Source of the DNA: a virus
DNA length: 64,000 nt
IMG/VR virus record: IMGVR_UViG_3300046463_000247
Location: 34,046-98,045 of that record
Direction: 5' to 3' (one strand)
How positions within the stretch are numbered: position 1 is the stretch's first letter; each line of letters begins with the position of its first letter. The notes beneath the pieces were generated by a model. It ran no database searches. It had not been told where the DNA came from and was given only the letters and a program-made list of their open reading frames with translations. The translations under genes were made by a program, and so were the position numbers. Below are positions 56,180-64,000 of this stretch, in pieces.

Positions 56180-58048
56180 CTAGTCTCTCTTAACTTTGGC
56201 CGATTCCTGCGCGATTCTAACCGATTCTGGAACTCGCACAAGCGGAATGTTGAACGCGCCCCAGATTTCCCGGCGCATCGTCAGTCCGTACTGCACGCCG
56301 GTCATGGCGTCCGAACAGTCCTTGCTGCCATTTGGCGGGTGGTCGATCTTCTTTCGAATCACGTCCTTTTCCAGCGTCAGGAACTCCTTCTGGGCCACGG
56401 CGTGCGCCGGGTGCGAGATACGCCCGTCGAGGAAGGCGCTCTTCTCCATTTCGTACGGCAGCATCGACGTGTCCATCGAGATATAGCCGGTCGTGTAGCC
56501 CTTCTGGCGGAATATCTGCATCGAGTCTACGGACTGGAACGAGTCGAAGCTGATCCAGCGGATATTGATGCCGAATACATCTTTGAGCTTGTACACGAAG
56601 TCACGTATCAGGTGGAACTTGATCTCGTCCCCGGTCGGCGGCACGACCCGCAACGTGAAGTCGTAGTGGAAGTCCGGCATCACTTCTTCCACGTCGTTGG
56701 CGAGGGTCTGCTTGAAGCCCTTCACCGTGCCCATGCTGACGCCCGCCGCATCACCCGTGACACCCAGGTCGATGTGCACCCAGCGCGGCAGGTCGGGCCG
56801 ATAGATGTGCTTGCGGATCACCTTCAGCGGGCCGGTATCGGTGCCGACTGCGACGCCATCGAAGCAGTGCTGCTCCTTGTTCAGGATCGACGCGTGCGTG
56901 CCGAATCCCGCCACGACCTTCTCGTGGTTCAGGATGAACGGGAAGCGGGCCATGGTGGCGATACCGGCGATGTCGCGCAGCGCGCCAATGATGTCGCCGT
57001 CGAACTGGTTGCGGTGCTCGACCGGCACTTCGATCACCAGGTGGCGATGGTCGGCAGGCACCTCTTCCACGGTCTGTATGAGCTTGGGGCGGGTCACTTC
57101 GTCCCCGGCATAGACGAGGAAGCGTTCACCACTGTACGTGCCCGCTGGCTTGATTTCCCACACGCGCTTGTCGTACACGTAGATCGTCGGGTCGGTGGCT
57201 GCTGCCGCCTGAATCTGGTCGGTGAGCGCACCCGGGTAGTTCTTGGACGACACCATGCACAGGATGCCGGGCTGTCCGCCGTTGTTGACGAAGCGCGACT
57301 TGATACGGCGGCTGATGCTCTCGTAGATCACCTTGGCCTGATCGTACACCCCGCCCTGCCCGCCGTTGCCCTTCTTCGAGTTCTGCACCACCTCCATGAA
57401 GTCCACCTCGTCAATGATGCCGCCGATCACGTTCTGACCGATGGCCCCACCGTCGCTTGTCATCGGCTTCGCCTCAACCCGGTTCGGGAAAATCAGCGCC
57501 GACTTGATGTCCTTCTTGTACGGGTACACCGTGTTGAAGTAGTACGACTGCTCGATGATCGCCCGGAAGCGCGTGTAGTCCACGTCGGACGCGAGCGCCG
57601 CATTCATTGACTGGAAGATCACGAGGATTTCGGAGGTCGAGTCCAACTGGAACATCGAATGCGGGCTCTTGTAGCACGAGGTCAGGTATAGCTGGTACGC
57701 ATTCACGTAGAGCGCCGTGGTGGTCTTCGCCGAGCCAATGCCGCCCGTGAACACGCCCTGCGTCCAGCCATTCGTGAGCCGTCCGTTCTTCTCGTTGATG
57801 GCGATCAGTTCGTCCACCACAGCCGGGTACAGTTCGGATTTGGGGCGGGCCAGAAAGTGCTTGCTGAACAGGAATTCCTCCACGTGCACCGGGTACGTGT
57901 GGATGTTCAGGGCGTGGCGTAGCTGGTTGACGTTGCCGTCGTCGTACGCGCGCTCGATGCCTTCCAGCAGGAAGGTCCGCAACTCGGGGTTGTTCACGCA
58001 CGCAGCCGCCGCCTTGACCTTCTTGTAATCTAGGGTTTTGATGTCCAT
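56180..58048 (-). CDS. terL: Terminase large subunit
   Basis: Walker A TGGIGSAKT, Walker B IIDE, nuclease HIDLG..D and DH...GSKD.SDA. Confidence 0.9.
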   Translation of the reverse strand: MDIKTLDYKKVKAAAACVNNPELRTFLLEGIERAYDDGNVNQLRHALNIHTYPVHVEEFLFSKHFLARPKSELYPAVVDELIAINEKNGRLTNGWTQGVFTGGIGSAKTTTALYVNAYQLYLTSCYKSPHSMFQLDSTSEILVIFQSMNAALASDVDYTRFRAIIEQSYYFNTVYPYKKDIKSALIFPNRVEAKPMTSDGGAIGQNVIGGIIDEVDFMEVVQNSKKGNGGQGGVYDQAKVIYESISRRIKSRFVNNGGQPGILCMVSSKNYPGALTDQIQAAAATDPTIYVYDKRVWEIKPAGTYSGERFLVYAGDEVTRPKLIQTVEEVPADHRHLVIEVPVEHRNQFDGDIIGALRDIAGIATMARFPFILNHEKVVAGFGTHASILNKEQHCFDGVAVGTDTGPLKVIRKHIYRPDLPRWVHIDLGVTGDAAGVSMGTVKGFKQTLANDVEEVMPDFHYDFTLRVVPPTGDEIKFHLIRDFVYKLKDVFGINIRWISFDSFQSVDSMQIFRQKGYTTGYISMDTSMLPYEMEKSAFLDGRISHPAHAVAQKEFLTLEKDVIRKKIDHPPNGSKDCSDAMTGVQYGLTMRREIWGAFNIPLVRVPESVRIAQESAKVKRD

Positions 58049-58142
58049 TTCGTGAGTGCGTCGAGTAAGTCCGCGCGATTCTGCACGAACCCGACCCGGA
58101 AGTCACGCACTCACTTTTGCAATTGATTGCAACGGACGTTTC

Positions 58143-58361
58143 TTACTCGATCACCTCAATGTACACGGCCACGATGCGCAGCGAATCGAATCCGATGCCG
58201 TCGTTACTGGCTAACTTCAGGCCGTTCTGCACCGTCCCAACGGCGGTCTCTAACGTCTGGATGTCATTGACCCACGTCTTCCACTCTCGCTTGCCAGACC
58301 CCACCGGGTAGTGGCCTTCCACGGCGTAGTGGCTGGGTGTGGCGCTCTTGTCCAGGGGCAT
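58143..58361 (-). CDS. Hypothetical protein
   Basis: Hairpin SD. Confidence 0.55.
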   Translation of the reverse strand: MPLDKSATPSHYAVEGHYPVGSGKREWKTWVNDIQTLETAVGTVQNGLKLASNDGIGFDSLRIVAVYIEVIE

Positions 58362-58766
58362 GCTTCACTCCTTGAAGTCTTGGGTTGGCCCGCCGAAGCG
58401 GTTGTCATTCACATTGATCTTGCCGCGCCTCTAGGATCAGGCGCACGCATTCTGCTATGGCTTCGCCGCGCCGATACGTGCGCGGGCTTACGCCGACGAT
58501 GGACCACAGGTGCGTAAAGTCGTCACGCTCAACAAGAAATCTTCCTACCCGGAAGGTTGTGCGACGAACCCATTTACCACCTAGCTTGACGCGCACTGCG
58601 TTGTCCGTTGAGACCGTGATCGAGTTGATGCTGGCTAGGTCGATTGCGTCGCGCTCGTTCATCGTCATTCCCCTTCGTTGTTGGTAGGTGCCTTTTGACA
58701 CCGTACCCCTAGTTTAACCCAACGCGCCGGGATTGTCAAACACACTTTGCAATCAATTGCAAAATA

Positions 58767-59690
58767 TCACTGCCCCCGTGGTGGCACTTCGTCCACCGGC
58801 CCCGCGTCTTTCGTGGTGCGGGAATTTGCAATCAATTGCAAAAACTGATTCATGTCGTTCTCGTCGCTGTACGAACCCTGACGGCCCGTGTTGATCGCGG
58901 CAAACGGATCGGTCGGCGCGGCAATCTTGAACAGGCCCACGCGGGTCAGGAAGTTGTGCTTGGCGTCCTCAGCCCGCAACGCCACCTGCAATGCGGCGAC
59001 CTGCACCTTGCCCTCCCGCTTCTGGTCCATTGCCATCCGCAGCGACTGGGTGCGCACCTCGTCGTACAGGGCCATCGACATGCCGATGTAGGTCGGGTAG
59101 TCGAAGTTGCGCAGTTCCTCACGCATCGCGAATTGCAGCGCCATCCGGTCCTCGTGCACCTGCCGCACGGTCAGCGCCAAGTGGGCGGCGATGGTCTTCG
59201 TCGGCACGCCGTTCAGCATCAGTCGCAGCACCTGCTTGCGGCGGAACTCGATGTCCTCGGCAGTCGGCTTGTGGCGGCGTCCATCTGCGGCCAGCTTGAA
59301 CTCGCCTGCCCGTTGCGAACCCGTGCGCGGCACCTTCGCCTGATCCAGCAGGGCGTCCAGTTCCTCGGCGGTCTGCGGCACCTCGCGGCCCTTGGTGGTC
59401 GGCGCACCGTACGCCCCGCCATTCAGGTCGATACTCGCGTCGGGCAAAATCTCTTCCACCTTGAGGCTCGGGCGACCCACCCGCCCACGTTTCTTTTTCC
59501 CGTGCGAGGCCCCGGCAGGCTGCGACGGGCCAGCGACCGGGGATTTGACGGTGTTCGGTGGGGTACTGAAGTCCACGTCCTCTACTTGTGGGGAGTTGAA
59601 CGTCAGTGTGGGCAGGTCGTCTTCTTCGTCGGTTTCCTGTTTACGGTCAACGACTTGCGACGGTTGCTTGGTGAGGAAGTTGAGTGCCAT
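58767..59690 (-). CDS. Putative terminase small subunit / HTH DNA-binding protein
   Basis: RRKQVLRLML.G.....IAAHL.LTVRQV..D HTH; AT-hook-like KRGRVGRP; upstream of terL. Confidence 0.55.
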   Translation of the reverse strand: MALNFLTKQPSQVVDRKQETDEEDDLPTLTFNSPQVEDVDFSTPPNTVKSPVAGPSQPAGASHGKKKRGRVGRPSLKVEEILPDASIDLNGGAYGAPTTKGREVPQTAEELDALLDQAKVPRTGSQRAGEFKLAADGRRHKPTAEDIEFRRKQVLRLMLNGVPTKTIAAHLALTVRQVHEDRMALQFAMREELRNFDYPTYIGMSMALYDEVRTQSLRMAMDQKREGKVQVAALQVALRAEDAKHNFLTRVGLFKIAAPTDPFAAINTGRQGSYSDENDMNQFLQLIANSRTTKDAGPVDEVPPRGQ

Positions 59691-59955
59691 ACGCTCTATA
59701 CGGGTATCGGGTGGTGGCCTTCCCTCGATATGTAGCTTATCGCTATCTATAGCGGGGAATACCGTAAAGTTGGCGCATGGTATCGGTTGCTGGTTGATGG
59801 GTCAATCTATGGGTGTTTCCTCTCTATGTGTGTCTAGTGTATTTAGTTCTTTCGCCCGCAAAGTTGCCCACCCTCGAATTGCAATTGATTGCAGCCGACA
59901 ACAAAAAAAAAGCCCGCACGGGGCGGGCATGAAGTACTGCTGTTGCTACGTGGTT

Positions 59956-60447
59956 CTATGCGGCCAGCTTCCACTCGATCAGCGGTGTGTCGCCCTTCAC
60001 GTACAGCGGATGTCGCGGTGAGCCGTTGGCGGTTGTGCCCAGACACAGCACCTGCCGGTTGCGGCCCGTCTTCGTGAATATGTCGTACACCTGCTTCACG
60101 CGATCAGGGCGTGCATTCGTGCCCCATGCGAATACGACGGTTTCGAACTCCAGCGCCAGCTTGCGCAGGTAGTAGTCGTTCTCCGGTCCAACAGGATCGT
60201 GGTGCTCCCACAGGGCGGCAGGCTTGGTCGAGCGCAGCGCGTACAGATTCGCCACCACAATGCCGTTGCAGTCCCATGACTCGGCAAAGCGGCGGCAACG
60301 CCTGATCGTGTGGTCGTCCAGTACGGCGTCCGCCTTGCTCGGGTTGAGCATGATGAACAGCGCCGTGCCCTTGTACGGGTTTCTCTGCGTGGCCGGGCGG
60401 GTGAGCGTGTAGCGGTAGGTTCCGCAGTCACTGATGATCGCGGTCAT
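59956..60447 (-). CDS. DUF1643-family protein
   Basis: YRY.L.R...FIMLNPS.AD...DD.T..RC...NLYA.RST.P...AWG...PRHPLY. Confidence 0.85.
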   Translation of the reverse strand: MTAIISDCGTYRYTLTRPATQRNPYKGTALFIMLNPSKADAVLDDHTIRRCRRFAESWDCNGIVVANLYALRSTKPAALWEHHDPVGPENDYYLRKLALEFETVVFAWGTNARPDRVKQVYDIFTKTGRNRQVLCLGTTANGSPRHPLYVKGDTPLIEWKLAA

Positions 60448-61810
60448 GCGGGCACCTGTTCGAGTTGATGGGCTACCCGTAGGATTTCCCCGTGTGAGAC
60501 CGTGCGCAGCATTTCCGAGCGGCCACGCTTCACGTATTCGTCCACCGACATCTTGCGCCAGTCCGGGTGCGGTCGGTCGTTGCACAGCGTCCACGGCGCG
60601 TCGGGGCTCGCCCGGCGATGCACATAGACGCCCACCGAACGATGCAGGCCCAGCCCGAAGAATTCTTCCGCCGTGATCCTGACCTCGGAGCCGTCGTCCC
60701 GCTTGATGGTCTGCACTGCCTTTGCCATTTCAGTCCTCCAGTGCTTTCAGCACCTTCTTCAGTTCTTCTTTGCCGTATTCCGTCGCGTGTACCTGCTGCG
60801 TCGCGATGGTGTTCAGTTCTTCGATGATCGCGGTCAGGGTCTCCCTGTTATCACCCCGCATGCGCTTCACCAGGTCGCGCAGCTTGTCGAGCGGTTCTTG
60901 CAGGAAGTCTTCGCTGGGGAACTGGCCCATTGCCTCATGTACACAGGGCGCTGAGGCCACCGCCTCGCTCAGTAGTGGCGCAACATCCAGCAGTTCCTCG
61001 ATCCGGTCTGCGGGCAGGGTGCCGGTCAGACTGTAGACCTCTTCGTCGGACAGGCACGAGGTGGCTTGCGGGTTGAACCGGGTCAGCGTGCCACTCGTAG
61101 CGGGTTTGGTGATCGTGAGCATTCGGGTCAGTGTTCGTCGCAGTAGAAGTCCACAGCCAGCGCGTACTGCGGGTCCAGGATGCGGATGATGGTGCCGAAG
61201 TCATCCGTGGTTTGGCGTGCCCACCAGAGCGCGCTGAAGTACAGGTCGCTTGGCATCACCGGCTCTTCGGGAATGCCCAACCGCCACGGTTGCGGTCGAA
61301 GTAGTAGGCGGTTATTGCGTCGTCTTTCACGTGAGCGTTCAACGCGCGGGCGGCGTCCTTGTGGTTGTTCAGGTACAGCCAGTTGATGCAGTCGTCCGTG
61401 TTCTTGAACTCGCGCAAGTCCTTGCCGTCTTCGTCGGACAGCAGCACACCTGCCGTGCCGTCCCACGCGTGCCAGTTCTGGAAGATGAAGGGTTTCATAC
61501 CGACCCCCGTCCCAGCGTCACGCACTTCTCACGCATCGTGCACGCGCCACCCTCACACGACTCACACGGTGCGCAGTCCTTGTCGAGCGGCTTGCCGTTG
61601 AAGCCCTGCATGTACATGACGTGCTGCGCGCCGGTCTTGCCGATGCTCGTGGGTGCCCAGCCGTAGGCGCGGTGCTTCTGGCCCATGCCATAGCACTGCT
61701 CGTCGGTCGGGCAGGTATCGAGTTGGTGCTGAAGTTCAGCGAAGTTGATTTCGGGCATTCGTAGCTCCTGCAATCAATTGCAAAAGCCCGCGCATGGCGG
61801 GCCGGGTTCG

Positions 61811-62107
61811 TTACATGAGTCCGAGTTCGCGGGCTTCGTTGAACAGGCGGAATTGGTCGCGGGTGCGGTTGGTCGCCTGGAGTTCGGTCGCGCCGTTCGC
61901 CATCAGTTCGGCGATCACCTCAGCGCGGAATTCCGGGGAGGTGTAGTACTCGGCGTCCGACTGGCGCGTCACAGCGTCTTCCTTGGCAGCAATCTTCTGA
62001 ATCTCGCGCTCCGAAAACACGTTGGTGCGACCCGTCCGGTAAATCGGCTTGAGGTCGTGGCGGCGGATGATGGCGAGTTCTTCTTTGGAGAGGGCTACCA
62101 GGGACAT
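61811..62107 (-). CDS. Hypothetical protein
   Basis: First gene after the TTGACA-16-TATAAT promoter, with hairpin SD. Confidence 0.6.
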   Translation of the reverse strand: MSLVALSKEELAIIRRHDLKPIYRTGRTNVFSEREIQKIAAKEDAVTRQSDAEYYTSPEFRAEVIAELMANGATELQATNRTRDQFRLFNEARELGLM

Positions 62108-62415
62108 TTGCGACTCCTTCGCATGTGTTGGTTAAGTCAGTGAGAGAATTATAACCCACCCAGCCGGATTGTCAAACATTCTTTTCAGAAAGGCGGGCCG
62201 AACTGCATCGCGTGGACGATGGCCTGACGCGGCGTCGGCTCGCGCTTGAAGTTGTTGCCGCCCACCCACGGCTCGGCCTCGCTATACTGGGTCTGGGTGT
62301 GGAACACGGCGTAGCCCTCGTGTGCGTGGTCCACGTACGCTTCGTTGGCGATCAGCCACCCCAGCATTTCGGTGTCGGTTCTGGTCTTCATGTCGGTTTG
62401 CAATTGATTGCAACG

Positions 62416-63081
62416 TCAGGCGGCGAGCGCCTGCGCTTTAAGGTGAGGTGCATTGTGCAGGAATACGGCCTGTGCGAACCCCATTGGCGTCGCGCTGCGG
62501 ATGTTGCCACGCTCTTTCGACGGCGGGGCCTTGTGGATGCGGTCGTCAGGTACGCCCAGCGACAGGTCCTCGCACTTGGGCGGCATCACGAAGTCGCCAA
62601 TCGGCCAGATTTGCGTGTTCTTCGTGTAGTTGTCCTCCGCACAGTAGCCCGTGTAGTGGTGCGGGTGGAACGAGTGCTTGGCCTTGCCGAACACGCGCGA
62701 CAGCACGCTTACCGGATTCTCCACCAGCCCGGCTGCGCCGCTCAGTTCGGCGATCATGCGGCACTGCTCGGCCACCGCGACGGCCTTCGCCTGGAACATC
62801 GGGTCGAGTGAGCGCTTGTGCTCGAACCACCGCGCGCCGGAGACGGCCATGTCCGTGCAGGGCGGGAAGCCTGCGACGAACACCACGTTTTCTTCGCGGA
62901 TGATCCGGCCCAGTTCGCGCACGCAGCCCAGTATCGTGTACGGGTAGCGCCGGATGTTGCCGCTGATCGAGAACACCCCGTGCTGCCGGTCCACCAGCAC
63001 TGCGCGGTAGCCCGCCTTTACCCAAGGTTCCACGAAGTTGCCCGTGAGGTCGCACAGGCTGATAATCGTACCCCTATCCAT
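62416..63081 (-). CDS. Small phage DNA cytosine methyltransferase (Dcm-like)
   Basis: ISLCD.TG (motif I), FPPCT (motif IV), ENP (motif VI), YTK.T, RSATP.GFA. Confidence 0.75.
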   Translation of the reverse strand: MDRGTIISLCDLTGNFVEPWVKAGYRAVLVDRQHGVFSISGNIRRYPYTILGCVRELGRIIREENVVFVAGFPPCTDMAVSGARWFEHKRSLDPMFQAKAVAVAEQCRMIAELSGAAGLVENPVSVLSRVFGKAKHSFHPHHYTGYCAEDNYTKNTQIWPIGDFVMPPKCEDLSLGVPDDRIHKAPPSKERGNIRSATPMGFAQAVFLHNAPHLKAQALAA

Positions 63082-63163
63082 TGCCGGTCCTTTTGGTCCA
63101 TTTTTGTTGTCGGCATTCTAGCTGGCGGCGGTTTCCCTGTCTCGCCTTTTGCAATCAATTGCA

Positions 63164-63952
63164 CTAGCGCGGCTTCTTTTCCAGCGTCTGCGCGTCCACT
63201 AACGGGAACAGCCTGTCCACCTCGTTGGGCGAATCCGGTAGGTAGGCGTCGGCCACGCCCTTGCCCCGGTTCGAATGCACGCTGGCAGCGGGCTTGCCGG
63301 TGAGCGTGTTATGCCAGTTATGCAGAAGCGCGGCGGTGGTCACCAAGTGATGCCGGGCCTTGGCACCGTCGCCCTCGCCCGATTTGCAGGCCGCAAGCGC
63401 CTTGCCCGCCAGATAGCCGACCACCCAGAACCACTGATGCCAGTCGTAGCGCGCATCGGTGTCGTCCACGCCGTGTAGCTGGCGCTGGTACTCTGCCTCA
63501 ATCGACACGCCCTTCAGGAAGTCGTCGGACTCCGGGGAGTGGATGATCGAGTGCAGGCGTGCGACTTCCATTTCAGCGTCATGCGTGGCCTTTTCGACCC
63601 CATGCGCTTCGACATACTGCCCGCCGTCGCGGTGGATGCGGGCCAGCAGGTTCAGCAGCAGTGCGCGCGGGCTCGGGTGCGGCGACACATACCCGCTGTG
63701 CTTGTCCGCGTCGTAGTCCAGCAGGAACGGTTCCTTGTCCAGTTCACCAATCATCCAGCGCATGCGGTCCGCCTCGTAGCGAACGCGGTCCTCGTACTCC
63801 GACATCGCCAGCGTGATCCCTCGCGACACGTCGCCGTTGTGCAGGATCGCCGTCCAGTTTGTCTTGCCGTTGCTCTCCGGCATCGTGCCGTACCAGACGG
63901 TCAGCTTTAGCGCTGCCACCTTTTCGGTGGTGAGAGCGGAGCGGGCTTGCAT
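63164..63952 (-). CDS. Hypothetical protein (possible all-alpha C-terminal domain)
   Basis: 262 aa ORF; function not recognised. Confidence 0.55.
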   Translation of the reverse strand: MQARSALTTEKVAALKLTVWYGTMPESNGKTNWTAILHNGDVSRGITLAMSEYEDRVRYEADRMRWMIGELDKEPFLLDYDADKHSGYVSPHPSPRALLLNLLARIHRDGGQYVEAHGVEKATHDAEMEVARLHSIIHSPESDDFLKGVSIEAEYQRQLHGVDDTDARYDWHQWFWVVGYLAGKALAACKSGEGDGAKARHHLVTTAALLHNWHNTLTGKPAASVHSNRGKGVADAYLPDSPNEVDRLFPLVDAQTLEKKPR

Positions 63953-64000
63953 AATTCCAGCTTCCCAGCCCTTGCGGAACGTGAATTGATCCGCGTGTTC

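Larger units (their letters stand above)
17710..62123 (-). promoter_or_regulatory. Family of Shine-Dalgarno hairpins (stem-A[AGGAG]U-stem)
   Basis: 17710-17722, 32984-33002, 34071-34083, 34596-34608, 37577-37591, 39979-39993, 43031-43045, 45143-45155, 48064-48076, 49336-49350, 52416-52428, 53094-53106, 58363-58377, 62109-62123. Confidence 0.8.
32170..62175 (-). promoter_or_regulatory. Family of sigma70-type (probably early) promoters: tgTTTGAC(A/T)-16(17)-TAnnnT
   Basis: -10 to -35 spans: 32170-32197, 34103-34130, 37608-37635, 40037-40064, 42823-42850, 43062-43089, 45165-45192, 47490-47518, 48096-48123, 49377-49404, 52452-52479, 53129-53156, 58711-58739, 62148-62175 (perfect TTGACA/TATAAT); all at gene boundaries, facing the minus strand. 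Confidence 0.85.
2532..63163. repeat. Dispersed 14-bp near-palindrome TGCAAT(TG/CA)ATTGCA, at least 33 exact copies plus 2 single-mismatch copies
   Basis: Exact starts: 2532, 9223, 12683, 17414, 19274, 19997, 21144, 24222, 24615, 25641, 28079, 31414, 33959, 36427, 38908, 40073, 41794, 43171, 45205, 46535, 48205, 49410, 52485, 53174, 53709, 56118, 58118, 58748, 58827, 59880, 61769, 62399, 63150. Variants TGCAATCAGTTGCA at 6034 and 47527. Confidence 0.97.

Noticed and set aside
28153-58048. Inteins, introns or homing endonucleases in pol, ligase or terL
   Set aside because: Lengths are normal, motifs are contiguous, and no splice-junction or HNH/LAGLIDADG signatures were seen.
2532-63163. Palindrome as a CRISPR repeat, REP element, or FNR/CRP site
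   Set aside because: Dispersed with irregular kb-scale spacing, only 14 bp, no spacers or cas genes; does not match TTGAT-N4-ATCAA or TGTGA-N6-TCACA.

Overview
The whole 64 kb window is part of a GC-rich tailed dsDNA phage genome with siphovirus morphology; the host cannot be determined from sequence but is probably a proteobacterium. Essentially all real genes are on the minus strand, and the long plus-strand ORFs are antisense shadows. In transcription order (right to left) it carries: small accessory genes with a Dcm-like methyltransferase and a DUF1643 protein; terminase small and large subunits; a CmoA-like methyltransferase; dUTPase; about 14 kb of short accessory genes arranged as promoter cassettes; an ATP-dependent DNA ligase; a truncated PPDK-like dikinase with two CX5R phosphatases; a family A DNA polymerase; then portal, MuF, XkdF-like protease, scaffold, major capsid, neck, tail tube, frameshifted tail chaperones, tape measure and a Chi-like tail tip and fibres. 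No tRNA, CRISPR array, integrase or lysis gene was recognised. The most unusual signals are non-coding. (1) An AT-rich 14-bp near-palindrome TGCAAT(TG/CA)ATTGCA occurs at least 33 times exactly, about half of them inside conserved genes and in all reading frames. (2) Thirteen Shine-Dalgarno sequences are folded into hairpins with an invariant AGGAG loop and co-varying stems, in a genome that also encodes a tandem CsrA/RsmA-like protein and a promoter-to-terminator ~195-nt structured RNA carrying the same hairpin. This is a candidate phage-encoded Csr/Rsm-type translational regulon. All motif counts were made by eye and are lower bounds; all family assignments come from recognised motifs, not database searches.
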